Source: a virus. Taken from it: a DNA stretch of 64,000 nucleotides. How positions within the stretch are numbered: the stretch's first letter is position 1; every line of letters starts with the position of its first letter. The DNA is taken from the IMG/VR virus record IMGVR_UViG_3300011116_000709, positions 3,973-67,972 of that record; one strand, written 5' to 3'. The position numbers and the translations under genes are program-made. This document shows, piece after piece, positions 51,275 to 59,065 of the stretch. Under the pieces are notes generated by a model. That model was given only the letters and a program-made list of their open reading frames with translations. It had not been told where the DNA came from and searched no databases.

Positions 51275-52690
51275 ATGTTTCGGACACAACACAGACAACG
51301 CGAAGCACATTCGCTACTGAATCGTGATGTGACACCAAGTGTCCGTGCTACTATTTACGGAGCAGACGGAAATAGCGACACATACATCACCAATAAAGAA
51401 GCAGTCAAGCCTGTTGCTGTTTATGAAATTGTGGGATCAAAGTTTATTGATATTCCTGATGAAACTCAAGAAATAGCAGTCACGGACGAAAGCCCCACAG
51501 TAAATTATTCAGGTGGAGCGGGAGGCAACCTACTGTATCGCTCTCGTGAATATTTGAGAGTTGGTGGCAATACTTTTGAAAATTATCGGGCTGTGATTAT
51601 TTTAGAACCAACCACGGCTATCGCCTCTGCTCTGTCCACCGTGAGCGGCTACACGGCAGGAGCCGCCTACAGCGTGGGCAACGCCACCTTGACCCTAGCC
51701 CTGCAATCAGGAGCCACGGGAACCGCCCTAGAAGCCGTCCTGCTGCCTCTAGGAGTGACTGTGGACGCTTCTGTGTCGTGGTATAAGCCATCAGAAGGGG
51801 CAGGAACCACATGGGCTAATGGGGGAGGAGACACCGAGCCTGCTGCGGCTGAAATCTTCTCCACGGGCGTGTGGAGCGGCTCAAATATTTCATTTGATAT
51901 CACCCCATTTTTAAATATTTGGAACACCAGCGGAAAACCAAAATTAGCAATTACTGTAAAGACTAAAGAACAAACAGGACAAATACTTCAATTTCACTCT
52001 TGGGAGTCTCAAGGAACTTCCATAGGTGGAAGCCTTTTACAGAATTGCAAATTCTTGACAGGTGGAGAAGCCAACTACACCACAACCGAAGGAATACGAG
52101 TGCTTGTATCTACCTCTGGTTCCACAGCAGCAGGAGTCACCGCAACAGTATCTCTTGCAGACGAGCGAGCCACAGCAGTTCAGCAATGGAATTCTTTTGG
52201 TGCATCCACAACCACAGGCAGCACCTTCACATTCTTTTCACCAGATAGCGAACAGGGATTAGTATTGGGCAGTGTCACCTGCACATTGAATGACAAAGTA
52301 TCAAACAGCACAGGCTCGCCACTCGTGGTTACAGGAATTTCTCTTGGTGGAATAACTGCGTACTACACAACTGTGGAATTGTCTAGTGTTTCAGTTCTAC
52401 CATCAGGAACAGGCATCATTGAAATATCCAACCCAACAGCACAAACTCTGTCTGATATCGGTGGATTGGCTACAAACCAAAACATCTATGTGGATTACCG
52501 TGCAGGATCAGCAGTAAATAATGTTCGTTCGTTTACTGTGAAATTCACAGCAGATGAAACAACCAAACAAAGCCGTGCACGAATCTATCTGAACGAAACT
52601 CCTGTTTCAGAAAACAGAAACGGATTGAACACACGGATCAGCGTGGTTCAAACCAAGCCATCGCTCACGATGGATTTGCTGTTGGGGTGA
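51275..52690 (+). CDS. Putative virion protein with DNRLRE-like domain
   Basis: YRA......ATLTL, SW......W..GGGD, FDIT.....W, F.S.E and C-terminal KP.L pattern. Confidence 0.6.
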   Translation: MFRTQHRQREAHSLLNRDVTPSVRATIYGADGNSDTYITNKEAVKPVAVYEIVGSKFIDIPDETQEIAVTDESPTVNYSGGAGGNLLYRSREYLRVGGNTFENYRAVIILEPTTAIASALSTVSGYTAGAAYSVGNATLTLALQSGATGTALEAVLLPLGVTVDASVSWYKPSEGAGTTWANGGGDTEPAAAEIFSTGVWSGSNISFDITPFLNIWNTSGKPKLAITVKTKEQTGQILQFHSWESQGTSIGGSLLQNCKFLTGGEANYTTTEGIRVLVSTSGSTAAGVTATVSLADERATAVQQWNSFGASTTTGSTFTFFSPDSEQGLVLGSVTCTLNDKVSNSTGSPLVVTGISLGGITAYYTTVELSSVSVLPSGTGIIEISNPTAQTLSDIGGLATNQNIYVDYRAGSAVNNVRSFTVKFTADETTKQSRARIYLNETPVSENRNGLNTRISVVQTKPSLTMDLLLG

Positions 52691-53065
52691 TTACTTTAGT
52701 GAAAGCAGATACTTGGTCTGGTTGAGCACCCCAAGCATCTCGTCACGGATGTTTAGAAGATCGGTATCGTCTTCGTCCACATACTTCTCAACTTCAGTCT
52801 TCACAAAAGCGATTCCGTCCTCAATTAGTTCTTGAGGAGTAATATCACCGTAGTCTGCAAGTTCAAGAGGAGCACGAGACTCACCGCTAGACGCAACTGC
52901 GGTGTGACGATCATGTGCACCAAAGTACACTTCCACGAATTGGTCAATCAGAGGATCAAGGGCTTCGTAGCACTTGCCAAGAGCCTTGTGTTCAGCATAG
53001 GACTTGGTTTGCCAATGCAGTACGCGAATCTGATTCTGTAGCCCAAGAAACTTTGGAATAATCAT
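52691..53065 (-). CDS. Ferritin/Dps-like protein (DUF5856-like)
   Basis: Q....HWQT.SYAEHKAL...Y..L..L.D.FVE...G, L.NIRDE.....N..KYLL.L. Confidence 0.8.
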   Translation of the reverse strand: MIIPKFLGLQNQIRVLHWQTKSYAEHKALGKCYEALDPLIDQFVEVYFGAHDRHTAVASSGESRAPLELADYGDITPQELIEDGIAFVKTEVEKYVDEDDTDLLNIRDEMLGVLNQTKYLLSLK

Positions 53066-53078
53066 GCCGCCCTCCTGT

Positions 53079-53267
53079 TCAACTATTTAGGAGATAGCGT
53101 TCCTTCCGCTTGGCTCGTTCAGCGGCTTTCCACAAGCCTTCGGTAAAGCCTGAATGATGCCCGTGAGCGTATCCCTGTGAATACGACCACCGATAAAACT
53201 TCATTTGGGCAGCAACGAATGCGGACACTCCCGAAACGATAAGAAATGCAATCTGTAGGTCTTCCAT
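53079..53267 (-). CDS. Small membrane protein
   Basis: N-terminal hydrophobic helix then GY..G...GF..G pattern. Confidence 0.6.
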   Translation of the reverse strand: MEDLQIAFLIVSGVSAFVAAQMKFYRWSYSQGYAHGHHSGFTEGLWKAAERAKRKERYLLNS

Positions 53268-53319
53268 ACTGGTATATTGGCTTGGAAACAGGCTTGAACA
53301 GGTTCTTTACAAACAAAAA

Positions 53320-53390
53320 TTCCTTCGCTTGGATTCGAACCAAGACAAGGAGGACCAAAATCTCCGGTGCTACCGTTACACCACGAAGGA
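53320..53390 (-). tRNA. tRNA-Gln(UUG)
   Basis: Cloverleaf TCCTTCG/CGAAGGA, loop TT-TTG-GT, GGTTCGAATCC; no encoded CCA. Confidence 0.92.
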
Positions 53391-53391
53391 A

Positions 53392-53463
53392 CTGGCTCGG
53401 CTGGATTCGAACCAGCAACCAACAAATTAACAGTTTGCCGCACTACCGTTGTGCTACGAGCCA
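53392..53463 (-). tRNA. tRNA-Asn(GUU)
   Basis: TGGCTCG/CGAGCCA acceptor stem, GCAAA-CT-GTT-AA-TTTGT, GGTTCGAATCC. Confidence 0.95.
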
Positions 53464-53469
53464 AAGCAG

Positions 53470-53556
53470 CGGGCAAGGTGGGATTCGAACCCACGATACG
53501 ATTACTCGTATACAGCATTTCCAATGCTGCTCCTTCAACCGCTCGGACACCTGCCC
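53470..53556 (-). tRNA. tRNA-Ser(GGA)
   Basis: GGGCAGG/CTTGCCC, CAGCA-TT-GGA-AA-TGCTG, long variable arm, G discriminator. Confidence 0.95.
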
Positions 53557-53561
53557 TGAAA

Positions 53562-53726
53562 TCAGATGCCCTTTTCAGCCTTTACCCAAGCAGGAAGACG
53601 ATCTTGTGCTTCCAGTTTGCGAAGGGTTTCCTTTTTGGCATTCAGTAGTTGTGCTTGACGAGCCTTCTTGCGGGACTCGTAGCGACGCTTCCGACGACGA
53701 TTCAATTCACGAAACTTGTTTACCAT
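53562..53726 (-). CDS. 54-aa very basic protein (below ORF-track cutoff)
   Basis: MVNKFRELNRRRKRRYESRKKARQAQLLNAKKETLRKLEAQDRLPAWVKAEKGI; SD AAGGAG upstream; lies between tRNA genes. Confidence 0.75.
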   Translation of the reverse strand: MVNKFRELNRRRKRRYESRKKARQAQLLNAKKETLRKLEAQDRLPAWVKAEKGI

Positions 53727-53749
53727 TTTAGTGTTCTCCTTGTGTTGAG

Positions 53750-53822
53750 TGAGCCTACGGAGATTCGAACTCCGGTCAAGAGGATGAAAGCCTCCTATCC
53801 TAGACCACTAGACGATAGGCCC
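53750..53822 (-). tRNA. tRNA-Glu(UUC)
   Basis: GGGCCTA/TAGGCTC, GGAGG-CT-TTC-AT-CCTCT, GTTCGAATC. Confidence 0.95.
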
Positions 53823-53886
53823 AGATGCTAGTTTTTTCAACCGACTGCAACGGTTCCGTGGACAAAACTAGCAAAACCTGATCGGT

Positions 53887-54291
53887 TCACCGCACCCACG
53901 CCTGCCCGCAGCCGCCACCGTACACAACGGGAGCAACCACGACGGCAGGCGGATAATACGGGTTGCCATAGCAACCAGTAAACGGCGAGTACGGCACATA
54001 CGCAGGTGCACAGCCACCGTAGTACGGCAGCACAGCAGGAGCAGGATAGCCACCACAGTAGCCACCGTAGCCGCCACCGTAGTAGCCACTGTTGTAGCCC
54101 ACACCAATGCCACCACCGAGTGTGGTGTTGGTGATGGTAGTGTTGCCACCGTAAGGGCCGCTGATACTGGTGCGACTATACGAGCCACCGAATCCCACAC
54201 CCACCGAAGTACCACCCCACTGGGCAGAAGCGTTGGAAGCGAAGGCGGTGAGAGACAGGACGGCAGAGACGAAGAGAGACTTGAGGTTCAT
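53887..54291 (-). CDS. Secreted Gly/Tyr/Pro-rich protein
   Basis: Signal peptide MNLKSLFVSAVLSLTAFASNASA|Q, then low-complexity GY-rich body; SD AAGGAG. Confidence 0.8.
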   Translation of the reverse strand: MNLKSLFVSAVLSLTAFASNASAQWGGTSVGVGFGGSYSRTSISGPYGGNTTITNTTLGGGIGVGYNSGYYGGGYGGYCGGYPAPAVLPYYGGCAPAYVPYSPFTGCYGNPYYPPAVVVAPVVYGGGCGQAWVR

Positions 54292-54312
54292 AGATGAACT
54301 CCTTTCACACAT

Positions 54313-54340
54313 ATGTTACCACAAAACTGTGCGGTGTCAA
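54313..54340 (-). promoter_or_regulatory. Sigma70-type promoter
   Basis: TTGACA-N16-TAACAT with TG extension, upstream of the secreted protein and tRNA cluster. Confidence 0.65.
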
Positions 54341-54344
54341 TGCC

Positions 54345-54473
54345 CTAACGAGAATTCTGATTATTTGATTTGGGCTTCTGACAACCACAGCGACCGCCGT
54401 TCCGTATTTTTTGAACAGCATTTTTTAATAGTGCAGACTTGAGTTTTTCTCGTGAAGTCTGGGATTTAGACAT
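54345..54473 (-). CDS. 42-aa basic protein with CGC motif
   Basis: MSKSQTSREKLKSALLKNAVQKIRNGGRCGCQKPKSNNQNSR; SD AGGAG; CTAAATA at 54487-54493. Confidence 0.55.
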   Translation of the reverse strand: MSKSQTSREKLKSALLKNAVQKIRNGGRCGCQKPKSNNQNSR

Positions 54474-54489
54474 TTTGCTCCTAAACTAT

Positions 54490-55350
54490 TTAGGAGTTTT
54501 CTGCGTCTAATTCTTCAAAAATTGTGATCCACTTGGGGTCTTCACCTCGACGCAGGTACGCAGCCTTTGAAAAACTCCACTCTTCTCGCTCTTGAATGCG
54601 ATATCCTGCCTTGTGCTTCTTGGCGTAACGACGAGCAGCCTCTTGATCTTCAAAATACTCGTAGTTGCCTTCGTCATCCATCGCACCCCACAGACCGCTA
54701 GAGGTTTTCCACACATCGCCTGCTTTGTGCTTGTGTGCAGCAGCGGCACTTTCACCGCTCTTCTCTTGTTCACCGCCTGCTGCCTGCTGTGGTTCGTCCT
54801 TGACATTAAATACAAACTTCTTGCCGCTGTGTGGGCCCTTGCGAAGTTGTGAGAAGAACTGCACAACCTTGTGCTTGGCGAGTTCAAGGTTGTTCTGTCC
54901 TTCACCCTTCTTGAAACGCATGAGAACTTTACCAATTCCAGCACTTTCGTTCGTGCCGATATAGTAAAAGTCCTGATCGTTCTTGTACATCACCGAGTGT
55001 TGCTTGTAGTGGCGACCCAACTTGACGATTTCTTCCTTTTTGATGTTGGGAATGAGCAGACTCAATTCCTCAACAACACCACCTTCTTCTTGGTAGCCGC
55101 CCTTCATCTCAATATAACCGTATCCCATGTCGCGGACACGCTTCTTGAGGTCATCGTGGAGTTTCTTGTTCTCTTCGCGTGAGTTTTCACCACGGAAAGC
55201 ACTCACAATACCAAAATCCTTGCTGTCGTCTTCCACATACTGGAAAACGCGAGACAGTTTGGCTTCAATTAGTGGAGTTTCGGTCGCGTTTTTGCGATCA
55301 AGCCACTCGTTTAGTCCGTTTTGGTCAAGAAATTGTGAAAACTTCTTCAT
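54490..55350 (-). CDS. Hypothetical protein, possible internal head protein
   Basis: MKKFSQFL...LNE leader; GIVSAFR...EN......L...G+GY....G.Y.E....E.S domain; late-type promoter at 55381-55387. Confidence 0.65.
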   Translation of the reverse strand: MKKFSQFLDQNGLNEWLDRKNATETPLIEAKLSRVFQYVEDDSKDFGIVSAFRGENSREENKKLHDDLKKRVRDMGYGYIEMKGGYQEEGGVVEELSLLIPNIKKEEIVKLGRHYKQHSVMYKNDQDFYYIGTNESAGIGKVLMRFKKGEGQNNLELAKHKVVQFFSQLRKGPHSGKKFVFNVKDEPQQAAGGEQEKSGESAAAAHKHKAGDVWKTSSGLWGAMDDEGNYEYFEDQEAARRYAKKHKAGYRIQEREEWSFSKAAYLRRGEDPKWITIFEELDAENS

Positions 55351-55768
55351 TTGAATCCTTCTCCTGATGGGGCAGTACTATATTTAGCGGCATCAGAGAC
55401 TCGCCGTGAAGCATTACACCCTCGTCGGTAGTGTACCAAATCTCTGAAAACGCTCCAATACACCACGGCATACACCGTTCACACGGTCTAGCCATCCGCA
55501 TCTGCCCAAAACTGTTGAAACGGGCGTTGAAAAGCACCAAACCCCGTTCGGGAGCGTTCAATTTCAAAAATGCGTCCAATTCCGAGTGCATTTCTTCAAA
55601 CATGTACCCCTTTTCCTTGGCTTGGGGGTGAGTTTTGAAGCGGTTGCAGCCGATTGTAACGATTCTGCCCTTGCGAAGAATGATGGAAATGTGCTTTTTC
55701 TGTCGTTTGATGTCCAAACACAGAGGATGAGCAATTTCCAACAGTCTTTGTATGCGTTTTGCATTCAT
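55325..55768 (-). CDS. Zinc-dependent cytidine/dCMP deaminase-family protein
   Basis: HSE ... RPCERC zinc-binding motifs. Confidence 0.82.
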   Translation of the reverse strand: MNAKRIQRLLEIAHPLCLDIKRQKKHISIILRKGRIVTIGCNRFKTHPQAKEKGYMFEEMHSELDAFLKLNAPERGLVLFNARFNSFGQMRMARPCERCMPWCIGAFSEIWYTTDEGVMLHGESLMPLNIVLPHQEKDSNEEVFTIS

Positions 55769-55820
55769 AAGAAAAGACGACAGAGAGAATTAACCCTCTG
55801 CCGCCCAAAAAAGTGTCAGT

Positions 55821-56198
55821 TCAGAGTGCCTTGCAGCAGTCTTCGGTCTTGGAGCAGTTGTTGTACCGCTCAAGTTCACGATAAAACGAACTAGACTCTG
55901 CGTCGATACGGCGACCCACCTTCTCGTTCTCGCTGTCGATGTAACGATAAACCGACTCAATCTCACGATTGCGGTCATTCGTCTCGTTGGCAAGAATTTC
56001 GTTGATGGTGTCCATGCTCTGCTTCTGACTAGCAAGCACATAGAAAGTCACCGTAGTGGACAGGAAACCGTAGAACGCGAGGAATGCGTTGGTGGTAGAC
56101 ACGGCTTCGCCACCCTTCGCGGTCATCCACCAGAAACCACCGAAACCGATCAGGCTCAACAGAGCGTAAGTGCTGAAAACAGAAAACTTGATACGCAT
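55821..56198 (-). CDS. Membrane protein with two TM helices and coiled coil
   Basis: MRIKFSVF start with SD AAGGAG; two hydrophobic segments. Confidence 0.7.
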   Translation of the reverse strand: MRIKFSVFSTYALLSLIGFGGFWWMTAKGGEAVSTTNAFLAFYGFLSTTVTFYVLASQKQSMDTINEILANETNDRNREIESVYRYIDSENEKVGRRIDAESSSFYRELERYNNCSKTEDCCKAL

Positions 56199-56303
56199 GA
56201 ATTTCTCCTTGAAAAAGTGTGTAGTGATGAAACACCTAAAGGGTGGGCATGTGGAGAATTTAGCAGCCACACACCCACCCCGCAGATGTCAGTCAGGACT
56301 GAA

Positions 56304-56555
56304 TTAGGCGACGAACACCTTCACGGTCGCGTCGCTCATGCCCGAACCGAGACGCTTCGTCCAACGGTTCAGCAGAATCGCCACGCCCTGCTCGCTGCAC
56401 TTGAAGGTGTACGCACGACCCTCATCGGTGTCGCGGGTGCGAACGAGGTCGATGTTCGTGCCGCTGATGCGATCAGCGAAAGCATCAAACTTCTGCTCGT
56501 TGCTGTTGCTGTAGAGGGCGACATTCACGGAAACGGTGTAGTTACGAGTCTTCAT
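56304..56555 (-). CDS. Hypothetical early protein
   Basis: MKTRNYTVSV start with SD GGAG; first gene behind a sigma70-type promoter. Confidence 0.7.
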   Translation of the reverse strand: MKTRNYTVSVNVALYSNSNEQKFDAFADRISGTNIDLVRTRDTDEGRAYTFKCSEQGVAILLNRWTKRLGSGMSDATVKVFVA

Positions 56556-56637
56556 TACGAGTATCTCCAATCGGGCTTGAGTTGAATGAGCCGTGGATGC
56601 TGCCCGTGAGCATCGTTGGCTGACTTGTTACTCCCAT

Positions 56638-56665
56638 AGTATAGCATCATTTGCGGCGGTGTCAA
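56638..56665 (-). promoter_or_regulatory. Sigma70-type promoter
   Basis: TTGACA-N16-TATACT with TG extension and A-rich upstream sequence. Confidence 0.8.
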
Positions 56666-56707
56666 TACCCTTGGGAGAGTTTTCTATATTTGTTTTGATT
56701 ACTTGAA

Positions 56708-57700
56708 TCAAATAGTCTCGGCATTATGTGAGAAACGAATATCGTGAAGTTCAGGAATATTACCGTATGACAATTCTTTAGCCAAATACATTTTGAATCC
56801 ACCCAAATCATTGAATTGGACTATTTCACCGTTGTGAATTAGTTTAAACACACCAACCCGAGACAGCACATCACACTTGTTGATGATTAGTTCAGAACAA
56901 CCTGACAACTTAATTGCTGAAATCAACTTGTCTAGATTCAGCCAGTTCGCAAGCCGCTTTCGCCCTGTGGTTGTGCCGTATTCGCCACCCTCGCGGATAA
57001 GTGCGTCAATCTGCGGGTCTTCCCAAAGGGTTTCGGGGAACAGAGGATCGGTTCCGCTCTTGGTGTCGTATGCTTTGGCAACACCAATCAGCCTGTTCAG
57101 TTTTCTTGGGGAAAAGCCAATAGAACAAGCCCCGTAAGGCATAGTAGAACTGCTAGTAACATACGGGTAATCTCCGTGATCTATGTCTAGCCAAACACTC
57201 TGTGCTCCTTCACACAAGATGTGTCCGTCCAACTCTCCGTCCCACAACCAATCAGAAATGAAATACTCCGCTGCTCGCCGTCCGCAACGCAGCATCTTGT
57301 CTGCGTAACACGGGGCAATTCCTTGCTTGGTTGTTCCTAGATGAGACAGGTTCTTGGTGTCGTAATCAATATGTGCAGCAGTAATGATATGAGCCGCAGG
57401 TGAAATCTTGACAAGGCTGGTATCAAAACCTTCACTACGGAGGTAGCGAATCTCTTCAAAAAACTTATCGGTGTTAATCACACAGCATGGTCCAATCAAA
57501 CACCGCTTGCCTGCAAAAATTCCTGAAGGGATGATATGGGTCTTGTGCTTCTTGCCGTTCACCCATACGGTGTGCCCTGCGTTTGGGCCGCCGTTCCAAC
57601 GACACACCCAATCGTATCGGGGAGCCATTGCAGCAGACACCTTTCCCTTGCCTTCGTCACCCCATGCCAAACCGTACACCACATCAACGCTTTGAATCAT
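56708..57700 (-). CDS. purA: Adenylosuccinate synthetase (short form)
   Basis: WGDEGKGK, GGPNAGHT, GTT.QGI.P.Y.DK, EGAQ..LD.D.G.YPYVTSS, EYGTTTGR.R, NK.DVL. Confidence 0.95.
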   Translation of the reverse strand: MIQSVDVVYGLAWGDEGKGKVSAAMAPRYDWVCRWNGGPNAGHTVWVNGKKHKTHIIPSGIFAGKRCLIGPCCVINTDKFFEEIRYLRSEGFDTSLVKISPAAHIITAAHIDYDTKNLSHLGTTKQGIAPCYADKMLRCGRRAAEYFISDWLWDGELDGHILCEGAQSVWLDIDHGDYPYVTSSSTMPYGACSIGFSPRKLNRLIGVAKAYDTKSGTDPLFPETLWEDPQIDALIREGGEYGTTTGRKRLANWLNLDKLISAIKLSGCSELIINKCDVLSRVGVFKLIHNGEIVQFNDLGGFKMYLAKELSYGNIPELHDIRFSHNAETI

Positions 57701-57951
57701 TGTAGCCCCAATTCTTCGTCTAGTTGTGCGAGGCGGTCAAGTGCTTCCAATCTTTTGCGAAGTTCGTCGTTCTTGTCTGCTACCTTTTCGCACACATGAC
57801 AACTGCCCTCAAAACCTTCTTCAAAAGACTTGATACGGTCTTCAAGACGAACAATCTCTGCATACGCATCAGAGATTGTGCGAATCACATCAGCAGGCAA
57901 ATCTGTTCGTTTGCTCTGCTCTCGCAAGTGCATGGCTACATCATACTTCAT
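57697..57951 (-). CDS. Hypothetical protein
   Basis: Translationally coupled ORF ending AQLDEELGL. Confidence 0.7.
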   Translation of the reverse strand: MKYDVAMHLREQSKRTDLPADVIRTISDAYAEIVRLEDRIKSFEEGFEGSCHVCEKVADKNDELRKRLEALDRLAQLDEELGLQ

Positions 57952-58307
57952 TGCTCGTCCTCACTATCAAACTTTGGCGGTTCCGACTTCTTTACTTCAG
58001 ACACAACACCATTCAAACTTTTTACAACTTTTGATTTTGGTGTGTTAAAGCAATCCCAACCTTGATTTTCGGCATGTTCAACTGCATCAGGACTAATGTA
58101 GGCAGACTTGCCACCTTTACCTGCAACAATCATACACACTTCACGCCGTGCCTCGTCACGCTCATTCTGCAACTGCTCACACTTTGTCACCAAATCTTCA
58201 ATGTGAGAAGTAAGTTCTTCAATCGTATCAGCGGCTTCCCGACAACGCAGTTCCACAGAACGGTCATTGTTCAAGACGCTTCGTAACCATTCAACAATAT
58301 CACTCAT
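57948..58307 (-). CDS. Hypothetical protein
   Basis: MSDIVE.LR...EAAD.IE.L, ERDEARREVC..GWDCF; SD GGAG. Confidence 0.75.
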   Translation of the reverse strand: MSDIVEWLRSVLNNDRSVELRCREAADTIEELTSHIEDLVTKCEQLQNERDEARREVCMIVAGKGGKSAYISPDAVEHAENQGWDCFNTPKSKVVKSLNGVVSEVKKSEPPKFDSEDEQ

Positions 58308-58323
58308 AGTATTCTCCGTTTAG

Positions 58324-58585
58324 TGCCCCCAGCAGGACTTGAACCTGCAACCTACCGATTAACTTACCACTTCGGTTTGCACCGCCCTTACGGTTCGTGG
58401 TCTGGACTTTATCTTCATCCGTTCTGGATGCCCGCCGTCAAGTCTCTACACCTTCCCTTTCGGGCTTGGCTCGGTATTGGGTCTTGTGACCGTCCACCGA
58501 ATTTGACGGGATTCAGATATCGCATTCCTGCGAAACTGCTCCTATTATTTAAAGTCGGCTACTCTACCAATTGAGTTATGGAGGC
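58324..58585 (-). tRNA. tRNA-Lys(UUU) interrupted by a group I intron (exons 58585-58552 and 58362-58324)
   Basis: A 34-nt exon and a 39-nt exon join into a 73-nt cloverleaf: GCCTCCA/TGGGGGC, GCCGA-CT-TTT-AA-TCGGT, GGTTCAAGTCC. Confidence 0.92.
58363..58551 (-). ncRNA. Group I intron, 189 nt, no internal ORF
   Basis: Exon ends in U, intron ends in G; P AAATTCGGTGGA, Q AATACCGAGCC, R GTAGAGACTTGA, S AAGATAAAGTCCA; P3 CCGTCAA/TTGACGG. Confidence 0.9.
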
Positions 58586-58597
58586 TGAAATCCTTTC

Positions 58598-58813
58598 TCA
58601 AAACAGACTAGGCTGTTGTGAATCGTTTTCTACACGAATGCGGACACGCAAATCGTCCAACGCATCGGTAAGACGCATAATCAAATTTTCAAGTTCCAAC
58701 GCGGTGTAACTCTCCACCATCTCAATGGTGTCCACTCCGAAAACTGCCACACACGGCTTGTTACCCTTGTGAGGATTGCGAACAATCTGCGTTCTGAAAT
58801 GTGTGTTGTCCAT
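58598..58813 (-). CDS. Hypothetical protein
   Basis: 71-aa ORF with SD AAGGAG. Confidence 0.65.
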   Translation of the reverse strand: MDNTHFRTQIVRNPHKGNKPCVAVFGVDTIEMVESYTALELENLIMRLTDALDDLRVRIRVENDSQQPSLF

Positions 58814-59065
58814 TTAAATCTCCTTTAGCCACTTGTGTCTAGCAACAATTCCAAATTCTTTTCTGATGGGCTTGCCTTCACGGAAAGCCTGCATCATGTC
58901 CATGAGGAACATTGTAATGTGTTCGTCACCCGAAATCAAGACCTCATCGTGAAGAATCTCAAACAAATCCAAAGTTGCTTGGGCAGTCACAGGATACCGC
59001 TGCTCATCGTGAATATGAAACCACAGGGGCTTCTTCCGAGTCTTCTTTCGTACAGGCTTCTTCAT
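58814..59065 (-). CDS. Hypothetical protein
   Basis: Likely start MKKPVRKK overlapping the upstream stop (ATGA). Confidence 0.6.
   Translation of the reverse strand: MKKPVRKKTRKKPLWFHIHDEQRYPVTAQATLDLFEILHDEVLISGDEHITMFLMDMMQAFREGKPIRKEFGIVARHKWLKEI

Noticed and set aside
53119-53831. Several overlapping ORFs across the tRNA cluster
   Set aside because: Translations of tRNA sequence (GSNP and GFEP artefacts).
56708-57700. purA homologue as PurZ (2-aminoadenine DNA)
   Set aside because: The catalytic motif is GDEGKG with Asp, as in PurA. PurZ has Ser there (GSTGKG-type). No dATPase gene is visible nearby.
58323-58574. 83-aa + strand ORF
   Set aside because: Antisense shadow of the intron-containing tRNA-Lys.
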